NCBI GenBank assembly: GCA_045537965.1
Contig: JAZSQL010000054.1
Span: forward strand, 15,224-79,223
Direction of reading: 5' to 3'
Origin: Alphaproteobacteria bacterium
Lineage (GTDB): Bacteria; Pseudomonadota; Alphaproteobacteria; RF32; CAG-239
DNA: 64,000 nt
Below the pieces are notes generated by a model. It was not told the DNA's origin, did not search any database, and saw only the letters and a program-made list of their open reading frames with translations. The first letter of the stretch is position 1. Each line of letters starts with the position of its first letter. Below, piece after piece: positions 49,984 through 58,433 of the stretch. The position numbers and the translations under genes were made by a program.

Positions 49984-51042
49984 CTATTGTAAATATTCTT
50001 TAATATTATTGTTTCTCGGCAATGTAATGGCTATTCCTGAAGGATATGGATTTGTTGGAGCAAAATCATTTACAACAACTCTTGCTGCATGATTCATTCC
50101 CATAAGCATTGCATATGGCTTTATGCCGTTTTCATTTAAGATTTTTTCTAAATCTGTTCTAAATTCTTCTGGACGAGATGTTGTTATTACAATTTGAGCG
50201 CCATCATCTTGTAATTTTCTAATTGTTTCCATATTTTCAGGTAAAGTTTCAGTGTTGTTGTACCAATTACGTTTTCCATACTTTCCGCAATTTTTCATCA
50301 AAACACCATCTACATCAACAAAGTATGTTCTATGTTTTTTTTGTACTTCTTTCCACTCTGATAAAGTACCCCAATCATCATATGAAAGAGCTAATATTGA
50401 TGAAAATACGTAATTATTTGAAGCCAACATATACGAAATCACATGACTTATATACATTTCACCTGATATTTTCTTTGTAAGCATTTCATCATATGCATTT
50501 ATAAAATCTAAAGCATTTTCGAAACAATAAACGCCCAAGCATATAATATTCGAAACCACCTGTTTTTCTATAATGTCATGGATAATTCCCTGTTCATTTA
50601 CTATGAGAAAACTTTTTCCCGGTATGTTTGTAATATCAGGATGTTCATGCAAATTGTAACCAACAATTGAATTTTTAATTTGTTTGTTAAAGTTAACCTC
50701 TACGCGATTATCCGAATCTTTAATAACAAATGCACCCTCTACATTCATTTTCTTTAGTGTCAAGTAAACCGTCTCACTAGCTGACGATGTAAAATCATCT
50801 AGCATACAAATTTCTATTTTGGGATTGTTCTCAAAAACTTGCTCCATAATAAGCTTAGCTTCATATTTTTCATCATGAGGCTTAACGATAGTGATGATTA
50901 TTCTATCAAACACATCTACGTTAATTTTCTCCATTGATTTTTCAATCATTAACTTGCCATCTGGACGAGTTAACATGTATTTGGGTTTCATATTAGGAAA
51001 ACGACTGGATTTTCCGGCGCATGGAATAATTAAAGTATTCAT
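49984..51042 (-). CDS. Bifunctional sugar/phospho-substrate nucleotidyltransferase (MobA/LicC-like) with a HAD-like phosphatase domain
   Basis: N-terminal IIPCAGKSSRFPNMKPKYML (NTP-transferase G-loop). C-terminal FVDVDGVLM (HAD motif I DxDG) and ITTSR (motif II). Confidence 0.65.
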   Translation of the reverse strand: MNTLIIPCAGKSSRFPNMKPKYMLTRPDGKLMIEKSMEKINVDVFDRIIITIVKPHDEKYEAKLIMEQVFENNPKIEICMLDDFTSSASETVYLTLKKMNVEGAFVIKDSDNRVEVNFNKQIKNSIVGYNLHEHPDITNIPGKSFLIVNEQGIIHDIIEKQVVSNIICLGVYCFENALDFINAYDEMLTKKISGEMYISHVISYMLASNNYVFSSILALSYDDWGTLSEWKEVQKKHRTYFVDVDGVLMKNCGKYGKRNWYNNTETLPENMETIRKLQDDGAQIVITTSRPEEFRTDLEKILNENGIKPYAMLMGMNHAARVVVNDFAPTNPYPSGIAITLPRNNNIKEYLQ

Positions 51043-51923
51043 TATGCCTCCATTTCATTTATTGAGTTTAAAACGCTTTCAAGAGCATTATTTAAGAAAA
51101 GTATTGTTGTTTGGTCTTTAGCGTATGGATAAATTCGCAAGACATTTAAAAGTAAAATATGATATATTGTAATGACATTTTGCTTGCCATTTTCCATGGC
51201 ATATAAATTATCTAGCAAAGCTTGTTTAGCTGTTGCTAGGCGTAAATTAAGATTATAATTTCGTTCTTGATGTCTATATGACCAGCCTAAATCAATATCT
51301 TGTAAAAGTTTTGCTACATCAATCATCCAAGAGTTATAAAATGAATCTAATAAATCAATTACGTAAATGCCTGATGACGAAAGTATAATATTCTCTAATG
51401 TTAAATCACCACAACAAGCTGAAAGAGGAACATTTTGGAAGTTAAATTCTTTTAACTTATTTAGAGATTTCAGAATTAATTCATTGTTTATATCGCATGT
51501 TTTGTATAAAGATAAAATTTTTTCCTTAAAAATACTTTCACTTTTATCCGTAACTACACTTTGTTTTATGGGTAACGACTTAAATAATAGCCCTATCAAA
51601 TCAACTATTTCTTTTATTTTAATTTGATTCATATATTCTGACATACATATGCCATTAATGAATTCCATATCAAAATAAAAAAGATTATTATTATCATAAC
51701 CATAACGTAAAACTTTAGGTGTTTTTACGGCATCAAGCTTAAACCACTTTTGTTTAGCACATTGTTTCTTTAATCTGTTGTTATATGACACATTTCCAGC
51801 ATCTTTACGTAAAAAAAAGACATCCTTTTCTTTATAAAGATTAAGTTGGCAACCTGAATGCCCTTTTAATTCCTTAATATGTTCAAAATTTGTTAACAAT
51901 AAATATTTTTTATCAACAATCAT
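51042..51923 (-). CDS. Choline/ethanolamine-kinase-like phosphotransferase (APH/LicA family)
   Basis: Brenner/APH-like motifs CCGDLTLENIIL and VIDLLDSFYNSWMIDVAKLL. 293 aa. Confidence 0.55.
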   Translation of the reverse strand: MIVDKKYLLLTNFEHIKELKGHSGCQLNLYKEKDVFFLRKDAGNVSYNNRLKKQCAKQKWFKLDAVKTPKVLRYGYDNNNLFYFDMEFINGICMSEYMNQIKIKEIVDLIGLLFKSLPIKQSVVTDKSESIFKEKILSLYKTCDINNELILKSLNKLKEFNFQNVPLSACCGDLTLENIILSSSGIYVIDLLDSFYNSWMIDVAKLLQDIDLGWSYRHQERNYNLNLRLATAKQALLDNLYAMENGKQNVITIYHILLLNVLRIYPYAKDQTTILFLNNALESVLNSINEMEA

Positions 51924-54091
51924 TTTATAATTTTCCTTAGATTTTGTAATGATTGCTCATAAATACTATCAGATAAAATTTTAAGATTTTTCTTCTTGTC
52001 TTGATACTCTTCTTCTGACATTTCAATAGCTTTAATCATTAACGATGCCAAATCTTCCTCATAAATCAAAGAATTTTTATCATTAAAACCATAAAAATCA
52101 GCAAATTTTTGCTGTATTAAGCACGGAATATTAAATCCGTATATCAGTTGAGCTGAGCCTGTAACACCGGTTGTTATATATCGATTATGTTGAGAATTAT
52201 TACAATCTAATAATGGCAAAAAGAAATCCGCTGTTTCCACTTGCTCATACATTTTTGGAAAACTCAAAAATCCTTTAAGGTTAAAATAATTTCGAAACTT
52301 ATTTGGAATATCATTTAATCTTCCTCTGCCAATAACATTTATTTTACAATGATATCCGTGTTGACATATAATATCTACAGCATCAATCAAAAGACGATGA
52401 TTTTTTTGTTCAGGATTTATTCCGCCAACTACAATAAAAGTGGTAGCCTTATTTTTTTTATGTTTTTTATAAGTTCCGAAATAATGCGGATTTACATATA
52501 TCCCCTTACTAAATTTACCAAGAGTAACAATTTGTTTATTTTTATCAAATTCTTGCAAATTAAAAAGAGGGATATCTGTAATATCATGTTCAACAATTAA
52601 AGTTTTTGATTGTCCTTTTGGCCAAAAACCTATTTTATCTTTTAATGAAATTATCTTTGAGTAGTCATAAGTTAATAAAAATCTGGAACTAGTTACAAAT
52701 ATAAATTTATATTTTTTAATTTTAGCTTTGTTAAAAAAATATTTCAAAAATATTGGACAGAAGGAAAACAATTTAATTTGTTTAGTTTCTATTCGTTTAA
52801 ATGGGTGCTCTTTAACATTCTTTTCAGACATTAAAACATCAACATTGTACCCTAAATCAAGCAAATATTTGGCATATCCGACACCTACTTCAGCATGACA
52901 ATCATTGGGTTCTACTAATAGAACACTATTACCACGCACTGATGTAAAACAGAATCTTGCTAAATTTAATAACGATTTTAATGATAATAAACTTAAGGTA
53001 TTTTGAACCTTTTTTCTGGTGTCTTTTTTCCAAATACAACAGGTTAAAATTTTTATAATTCTCTTTTTTAGCTTAATTTTGTAATATATTTTAGAAATAG
53101 GTATGTTTATGATAGAAATATTTCCCGTTTCCTTATTCTTAGAAAATAAAGGAAAGCAAAATAATTTAATCTTCTTGCCATAGCCATTTTTTTCTTTCCT
53201 CCATTTCAAAATATTGAGAAAATATAATAGTCGTAATCTCCTATAAAATGGTGTTATTTTTGCATATTTCCAGAAATACACACTATAAGGGACATTTGGA
53301 GTATTCCAAGGTTTTCGAGAGGATGCGTAGTGAAATAGAAAAGGAAATTTTTCTGCGTTGAGCATTTCTTGATTTTGGGATACGTCTTCTGTGCGATGTG
53401 TACAAAAACTGTATTTATAATCCAAGATTTTATAGTTATTAGCAAAGACAATATTTAATACATCTAAATCTGGATATTGAAGATCTTTTTCGTACTCATA
53501 TGTGGCGTCGATAAGCTTTTGGGTGATATTATTTTTACGCCAATAATCGCAATTAATAAGCAGGTTTCCTGATTGAAAATATTTATGTTGCGGTGTAATA
53601 CCAAATTTCTTTTTACGCATTATATGGTTATCAATTCCCTCTAGAGGCATGCCAATTTCTTCTATAGGTGCTGCTAAGCCAAAATTTTCTACGTTTATAT
53701 CATAAAAATCTTTAATATCCGCATTAAAAATAACATCAACATCAGAATAAATAGCCTTTGATATTTCTGGTTTTAGAAGAGGTATTAAATAACGATTATA
53801 CATTGCAAGTGAATAATGATTACTTGTTTTAGCATTGGGGAAAAATAACTTGACATCAACATTAAGATATTCGACATCAAAATTTTTCCATCGTTTTTTC
53901 AAACTAGCAATTTTTGATTTTGCTGATTGGGAAACACCACTATCCAAAATATAAAATGAAACAAATGACTTTGTATGATCCATTATAGAGGCTATTGTAG
54001 TGGCAATAAATGGGGCATATTTTTCATCTGATGCTAAAAAAACAGGTATTTTTTTTTGAATCATTTTTTGCTCCAATTTTCTAAAATCCAA
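51920..54091 (-). CDS. Two-domain glycosyltransferase: N-terminal GT8 (LPS glycosyltransferase-like) and a C-terminal GT-B-like domain
   Basis: N-terminal IPVFLASDEKYAPF..YLNVD..YSDVDVIFNADI (GT8 DxD). 723 aa. Confidence 0.65.
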   Translation of the reverse strand: MDFRKLEQKMIQKKIPVFLASDEKYAPFIATTIASIMDHTKSFVSFYILDSGVSQSAKSKIASLKKRWKNFDVEYLNVDVKLFFPNAKTSNHYSLAMYNRYLIPLLKPEISKAIYSDVDVIFNADIKDFYDINVENFGLAAPIEEIGMPLEGIDNHIMRKKKFGITPQHKYFQSGNLLINCDYWRKNNITQKLIDATYEYEKDLQYPDLDVLNIVFANNYKILDYKYSFCTHRTEDVSQNQEMLNAEKFPFLFHYASSRKPWNTPNVPYSVYFWKYAKITPFYRRLRLLYFLNILKWRKEKNGYGKKIKLFCFPLFSKNKETGNISIINIPISKIYYKIKLKKRIIKILTCCIWKKDTRKKVQNTLSLLSLKSLLNLARFCFTSVRGNSVLLVEPNDCHAEVGVGYAKYLLDLGYNVDVLMSEKNVKEHPFKRIETKQIKLFSFCPIFLKYFFNKAKIKKYKFIFVTSSRFLLTYDYSKIISLKDKIGFWPKGQSKTLIVEHDITDIPLFNLQEFDKNKQIVTLGKFSKGIYVNPHYFGTYKKHKKNKATTFIVVGGINPEQKNHRLLIDAVDIICQHGYHCKINVIGRGRLNDIPNKFRNYFNLKGFLSFPKMYEQVETADFFLPLLDCNNSQHNRYITTGVTGSAQLIYGFNIPCLIQQKFADFYGFNDKNSLIYEEDLASLMIKAIEMSEEEYQDKKKNLKILSDSIYEQSLQNLRKIIK

Positions 54092-54507
54092 GAAGATGAA
54101 TTGGGCTTAACTCTTCCTGAAACAGAAGTTCCCACATTATACTTAATTTCAATATTTAATGATTGACACGTTGGAATTTCGGGGATGTTATCTGCAGTCC
54201 GATCTCCACCTTTAGCAAAAGTAAGATTTGCCGTAGGATATTTTTGTCGTGCTCTTTGGAGCCCATCGCAAGCAGTGTTGTCGGAATCATCAAAAACAAT
54301 TACATCTACAACACCTTTAATATTTTCCATAATCATTCTACGTGTTTCAAAATTCATAAAAGGCTTTCCTTTTTTACGAGTTAGCCATGCATCAGAATTA
54401 AGAAGAACAATAACACCATCGGAATTTTCACGACTTTCGATAATGTTTTCTATATGTCCTTCATGTAGTGGATCAAATCCTCCGCTAACGATGTATAAAA
54501 TAGTCAT
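54061..54507 (-). CDS. Cytidylyl/adenylyltransferase-like protein (HIGH-motif nucleotidyltransferase, RfaE domain II / TagD-like)
   Basis: IVSGGFDPLHEGH (HxGH motif) at the N-terminus. 148 aa. Confidence 0.7.
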   Translation of the reverse strand: MTILYIVSGGFDPLHEGHIENIIESRENSDGVIVLLNSDAWLTRKKGKPFMNFETRRMIMENIKGVVDVIVFDDSDNTACDGLQRARQKYPTANLTFAKGGDRTADNIPEIPTCQSLNIEIKYNVGTSVSGRVKPNSSSWILENWSKK

Positions 54508-54511
54508 AACT

Positions 54512-55480
54512 TTAATCCTCTGATAAACGACAGTTGTTTTTTTGTGTTTTGGTTAACCAATAATATATGATTCTGTTTTTAATGGATAAATTACGTGGTC
54601 TAAAAATACCTTGTTTTTCCAGTTCTTTTAAAACAGGAAGATATTGTGTTAGCCATTTATTATAATTCTTCTTATCTTTTTTCTTAGTGAACTTAACTAC
54701 ATAACCAAATAAGCGTTTTGCGATATAATGTTCCAAGTCTTTTTTCGTTTTTTTATCCAATGTATTATTATCAAACATACTAGAAAGTTTAATTGCAATT
54801 AAAAGCTCGTCATCCAATCTCTTTTTGGTTAATGGTTTGGTCATAGCACTATTTTCTCTAGTGCGATAAAAATACATATCCGAATGAATATAAACTGCAT
54901 ATTTTGCTCTATGGAGTACCTGATAAAGGAATATCAAATCTTCTCCGACAGACAAATCTTCTGAAAATGTTAAATTTTCAAGCAAATTCTTACGATACAA
55001 TTTATTCCATATAGACGATACTATTTTAGGCTTTTGATGTTGTACATAATGATCAAAAGGTTTGTCGTAAATTTTCTCTGACGTCTCAAAAAAGTTCCAT
55101 TCTGCTTTATTTTCACCTTTCTCAAAATCGCACCATGCAAATCCAGCTTCTGATCTTTTTTGTAAAGCCTCTAACATTTTTTCTAAGAAAACAGGGCATA
55201 TTTCATCATCGCTATCAATAAAGGAAATAAAATCTCCATTTGCATGTTGCAATCCATTGTTTCTAGCTGCAGAAACGCCTTGATTTTCTTGATATATTAT
55301 TTTAAAACGACTATCTTTTCGTGCATATTCATCTAAAATAGCACCACAATTATCAGGACTTCCATCATTAACACAAATTGCTTCCCATTCACAAAATGTT
55401 TGTGCAAGAACAGAATCTAAGCATCTTTTTAAGTATTTCTCTACTTTGTAGCAGGGAATTATAATGGAAACCTTAGGCAT
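54512..55480 (-). CDS. Family 2 glycosyltransferase
   Basis: VSIIIPCYKVEKYL..NDGSPD..DSDD motifs. Confidence 0.85.
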   Translation of the reverse strand: MPKVSIIIPCYKVEKYLKRCLDSVLAQTFCEWEAICVNDGSPDNCGAILDEYARKDSRFKIIYQENQGVSAARNNGLQHANGDFISFIDSDDEICPVFLEKMLEALQKRSEAGFAWCDFEKGENKAEWNFFETSEKIYDKPFDHYVQHQKPKIVSSIWNKLYRKNLLENLTFSEDLSVGEDLIFLYQVLHRAKYAVYIHSDMYFYRTRENSAMTKPLTKKRLDDELLIAIKLSSMFDNNTLDKKTKKDLEHYIAKRLFGYVVKFTKKKDKKNYNKWLTQYLPVLKELEKQGIFRPRNLSIKNRIIYYWLTKTQKNNCRLSED

Positions 55481-56477
55481 TACAGCTCCTTTTGTTTTCT
55501 AATTTTCTTAAGCGATACATAACTGTGTTTGGAGCAACGCCATACACTTGACCTATTTCTTTATAGGTCATACCTTTTCTGCGCATTTTGATAATTTCTT
55601 TATCTAAGCCAAATAGCTTGGTTTTATATTCAGCCATCTTATTGGCTCGGGTTAGCTCCATTTTGCGAATTTTTGCTCCAATCCAAACAGGATGAGCATT
55701 AACTTTTTCGCCGATTTCTTGTAATGAACGGCCTTGTTCGTACATTTTCTTTATCAAGCGTTCATCTTTGGCTAATTTACTATTGATTTTGATATCAGAT
55801 AAAGGACGAGATAAATTAAGTTCTTTTATTTTGGTTGTAACCGTCATAAATGAACAGTTTAGTTTTTTTGCTATCTCTTCTACTGACAAACCTTTGTTAA
55901 ATAAACGTCTAATGGTATTCTCTTTACCATCAAGTTTTTTTACTACAGGAATCTTAATTTCATAAAGAGCTAAAAGATTAAGAACTGTTTGTGGATTTAC
56001 ATTATATCTTCTTGCTACTTCCGCTTTAGAAATTCCAGAATATAATAACTCCAAAATCTCATCTAAATAGATTTCAAGACAATTATATTTGTGTTTATTT
56101 TCTGGTTTAATTCCTGCTTTTTTGTTCTCTGTTCTAACTTTTAATGCTTTGGCTTGTTGTTCTATAACCTCTTGTGGTGGGTTATAAATACCAAGACGTT
56201 TCCTTCTTGTGAGTAATGTTGACGAATGTATGTTTAACTTTTCCGCTATTTCTCTGTAACTTAAACCTTGTTCTTCAAGTGATAATATATCTTCCTTGTC
56301 AATATTCTTTCTTCTTAAACGAGGTTCTCTTTTTAAGCCAAGCTCATTAATTTTATTGCATAAGGTTGTTTTACCAATAGAAAGCTTCTCAGCTATTTGC
56401 TCCAAAGTTAAATCTGAGTTAAACAGCTCTATAATGTGTGCGTTTGTAAATGATGCAGAGGTTGAAGCGTTAATCAC
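55473..56477 (-). CDS. Protein composed of six tandem resolvase-type HTH repeats
   Basis: Six ~50-aa repeats, each ending in an HTH such as IAEKLSIGKTTLCNKINELGL, IAEKLNIHSSTLLTRRKRLGI, VARRYNVNPQTVLNLL, IAKKLNCSFMTVTTKIKELNL, IGEKVNAHPVWIGAKIRKMEL, IGQVYGVAPNTVMYRLRKLE. Confidence 0.6.
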   Translation of the reverse strand: MINASTSASFTNAHIIELFNSDLTLEQIAEKLSIGKTTLCNKINELGLKREPRLRRKNIDKEDILSLEEQGLSYREIAEKLNIHSSTLLTRRKRLGIYNPPQEVIEQQAKALKVRTENKKAGIKPENKHKYNCLEIYLDEILELLYSGISKAEVARRYNVNPQTVLNLLALYEIKIPVVKKLDGKENTIRRLFNKGLSVEEIAKKLNCSFMTVTTKIKELNLSRPLSDIKINSKLAKDERLIKKMYEQGRSLQEIGEKVNAHPVWIGAKIRKMELTRANKMAEYKTKLFGLDKEIIKMRRKGMTYKEIGQVYGVAPNTVMYRLRKLENKRSCNA

Positions 56478-57114
56478 TAGCTATCCCTCCACTAATCATT
56501 TTCAATTCAGGGTATTGTTGCAGGTATTTAAATATCAGCGAGATGCTACAACCAATAGTTTTAGCTATTTGTTTTTTTGTTTTTCCTTCGTGATACAACT
56601 GAATTATTTTATATTTGTTGCGTTCTAATATGGTAGATTTACATTTTTGCCCTTTGACAAAACCTAATATAGCGCCTTGATCTTTTTTGTCTTTTAAGGC
56701 TTTTTTAGTTATGGTAGAAACCATAGAATTACGGATATCTATTGATAGTTTAATCCCATTAAGAAGTTGAGTTGTTTCGTTAGAAGAATCGAATTTGAGG
56801 TTTTCTTTGACACTTATTAATTCAAATCCGTTTGAAACTAAAAATTCTATATTTTCTACAATTGTTACTAATTTGCTGCCTAAACAGGCTATATTAGCCA
56901 CAATGAGCGTATTTTCTTTGGAATTTATATTATCCTTAATGTTTTTGATATCCGGGTCATTGATGAATATATCAATATTATATGCATTATTACGAGCATA
57001 TTGATTTACAATGTCTCGTTGTTCATCTGCGCTTATATTCCTTTGGTTGTTATCCAAATATCCAATAATCACTATGCGCCCCTTATAACAATAAATGCTT
57101 TCGCCATATATCAA
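56470..57114 (-). CDS. Resolvase/invertase homolog lacking the catalytic serine and DRLGR motif (likely non-catalytic); TTG start
   Basis: Starts MIYGES.. but reads GYLDNNQRNISADEQ where YxRVSTxxQ is expected, and IACLGS where SRLGR is expected. C-terminal HTH (KKQIAKTIGCSISLIFKYL) is retained. Confidence 0.55.
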   Translation of the reverse strand: MIYGESIYCYKGRIVIIGYLDNNQRNISADEQRDIVNQYARNNAYNIDIFINDPDIKNIKDNINSKENTLIVANIACLGSKLVTIVENIEFLVSNGFELISVKENLKFDSSNETTQLLNGIKLSIDIRNSMVSTITKKALKDKKDQGAILGFVKGQKCKSTILERNKYKIIQLYHEGKTKKQIAKTIGCSISLIFKYLQQYPELKMISGGIASD

Positions 57115-57304
57115 CGTTTTTGGCGAGGGGTTTTCTTTGTTTTTTCAAAAGGCTACGATTTTTTAAGAAAAGCTTGGATTTGTTGAAATTTTCCTTGCTT
57201 TATTAAATTTATTGGATTAAGGATATTTGTTATGTAATCTAGACGTTGGTTTATGAAGAGTGTCTATTTTATATAGGTTTTCCCTTAGAAATATTGGTTA
57301 TTCT

Positions 57305-57330
57305 TATAAATAGTTATGTAACTATTTGTA
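57305..57330. promoter_or_regulatory. hix/res-like 26-bp site: 12-bp inverted half-sites around a 2-bp centre (TATAAATAGTTA tg TAACTATTTGTA)
   Basis: Located 10 bp upstream of the invertase ATG, in the 226-bp region between divergent resolvase-family genes. It also overlaps a TATAAAT -10-like box. Confidence 0.35.
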
Positions 57331-57340
57331 AGGAACTGAT

Positions 57341-57964
57341 ATGATTTATGGATATTGTAGAATAAGTACGAATCACCAACAGGTTTGTAATCAACGACAC
57401 GAAATTCAAATATTTGCCGATAAAAATAATATAAAAATTGATAAGTGGATTGAAGAAACAATCTCTTCTAAAGAAGCATTAACCAATAGAAAACTGGGAA
57501 AAATATTAAAAAAACTCAAAAAAGGCGATATTTTAATTGCATCTGAACTTTCTCGTTTGGGGCGAAATTTGCTTGAGGTTATGGGAATTTTACAAAATTG
57601 CCTCGAAAAAGACTGTCAAATCTGGACTTTGAAAGAAAATTATAGGCTTGGAGCGGATATTCAATCAAAAGTTTTGGCTTTTGCATTTAGTTTAGCAAGC
57701 GAGATAGAACGCCAACTTATTTCAGAACGCACTAAAAATTCACTTCAAAGACTAAAAGATGAAGGAAAACATTTGGGCAGACCATATGGTTTTAGCTACA
57801 AAAAACTACAAAAGAAGCACAATAAGATAAAAGAGCTATTGGATAAGAATGTATCAAAATCAGAAATTGCAAGGCTTATGGGGTGTACTTGGTCTACTTT
57901 GAATAGATATATAAATGAGGCAATAATAGGTAATCAATTACAAGATGTAATTTCAGAATCGTGA
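57341..57964 (+). CDS. Serine recombinase of the resolvase/DNA invertase family
   Basis: MIYGYCRISTNHQ (Ser nucleophile), ELSRLGRN, and a C-terminal HTH (SKSEIARLMGCTWSTLNRYI). 207 aa. Confidence 0.85.
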   Translation: MIYGYCRISTNHQQVCNQRHEIQIFADKNNIKIDKWIEETISSKEALTNRKLGKILKKLKKGDILIASELSRLGRNLLEVMGILQNCLEKDCQIWTLKENYRLGADIQSKVLAFAFSLASEIERQLISERTKNSLQRLKDEGKHLGRPYGFSYKKLQKKHNKIKELLDKNVSKSEIARLMGCTWSTLNRYINEAIIGNQLQDVISES

Positions 57965-58027
57965 TGAAGCTGTTATTTCATCACAGTTTTGGCTTTTTCT
58001 CATTGTACTTTTAGTCCTGATTTTATT

Positions 58028-58433
58028 TTATGCAGCAAATAAACTTCTTATTAATTGGACTTGTTCTTTCATTTCCAATATTTCTGAACGGTGATTAACA
58101 AGTACACAATAAAGTTGGGCTGATTTTTGTTCTACATATTCCTCTTTCTGCCAGCCAGCTTGGATAGGGCTAGCGGAAATTTTCGCTAGCCCTTGATTTT
58201 TAAGGCTTTCAGCGAGTTCGTGCGGCAATGCTTTGTTTCCTTTCGGAGTGTTAACATTTACAAATTCATTAAACGGAAATCTTAATTTGTAACTGATTTT
58301 ACCTTCAGTCAAAATAATGTTCTCAAATACAAATTTTAATAAAAGTCTTTTTAATTCAAAATTTGATGATTTTTCAAAAAAGTATCCTGCTTGTGTAGCT
58401 ATATCTAATAATCCTAAAATTGTTTCGTCAAAG
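58028..58433 (-). pseudogene. Remnant 3' portion of a second serine-integrase gene
   Basis: Encodes ..ISYKLRFPFNEFVNVNTPKGNKALPHELAESLKNQGLAKISASPIQAG, matching the last ~100 residues of the 34161-35858 integrase. No N-terminal catalytic domain. Confidence 0.7.
58152..58433. repeat. Right copy of the long direct repeat (tRNA-Gln 3'-end-like cagccagcttgg, terminator hairpin and integrase 3' end)
   Basis: Co-linear with 34240-34603 but missing the in-frame ~81-bp segment. Confidence 0.8.

Larger units (their letters stand above)
34246..58151. mobile_element. Integrated genomic island (~24 kb) at the tRNA-Gln 3' end, with a serine integrase, candidate defense module, glycan-decoration operon and invertase
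   Basis: Starts at the tRNA 3' end next to a serine recombinase. Bounded by long direct repeats. Accessory gene content with multiple recombinases, ankyrin proteins and a pseudogene. Confidence 0.65.

Noticed and set aside
57104-57351. Apparent inverted repeat formed by the 5' ends of the two resolvase-family genes (both begin MIYG)
   Set aside because: On re-reading, the minus gene starts with TTG (ttgatatatgg versus atgatttatgg). The similarity reflects the conserved resolvase N-terminal beta-strand, not a recombination site.
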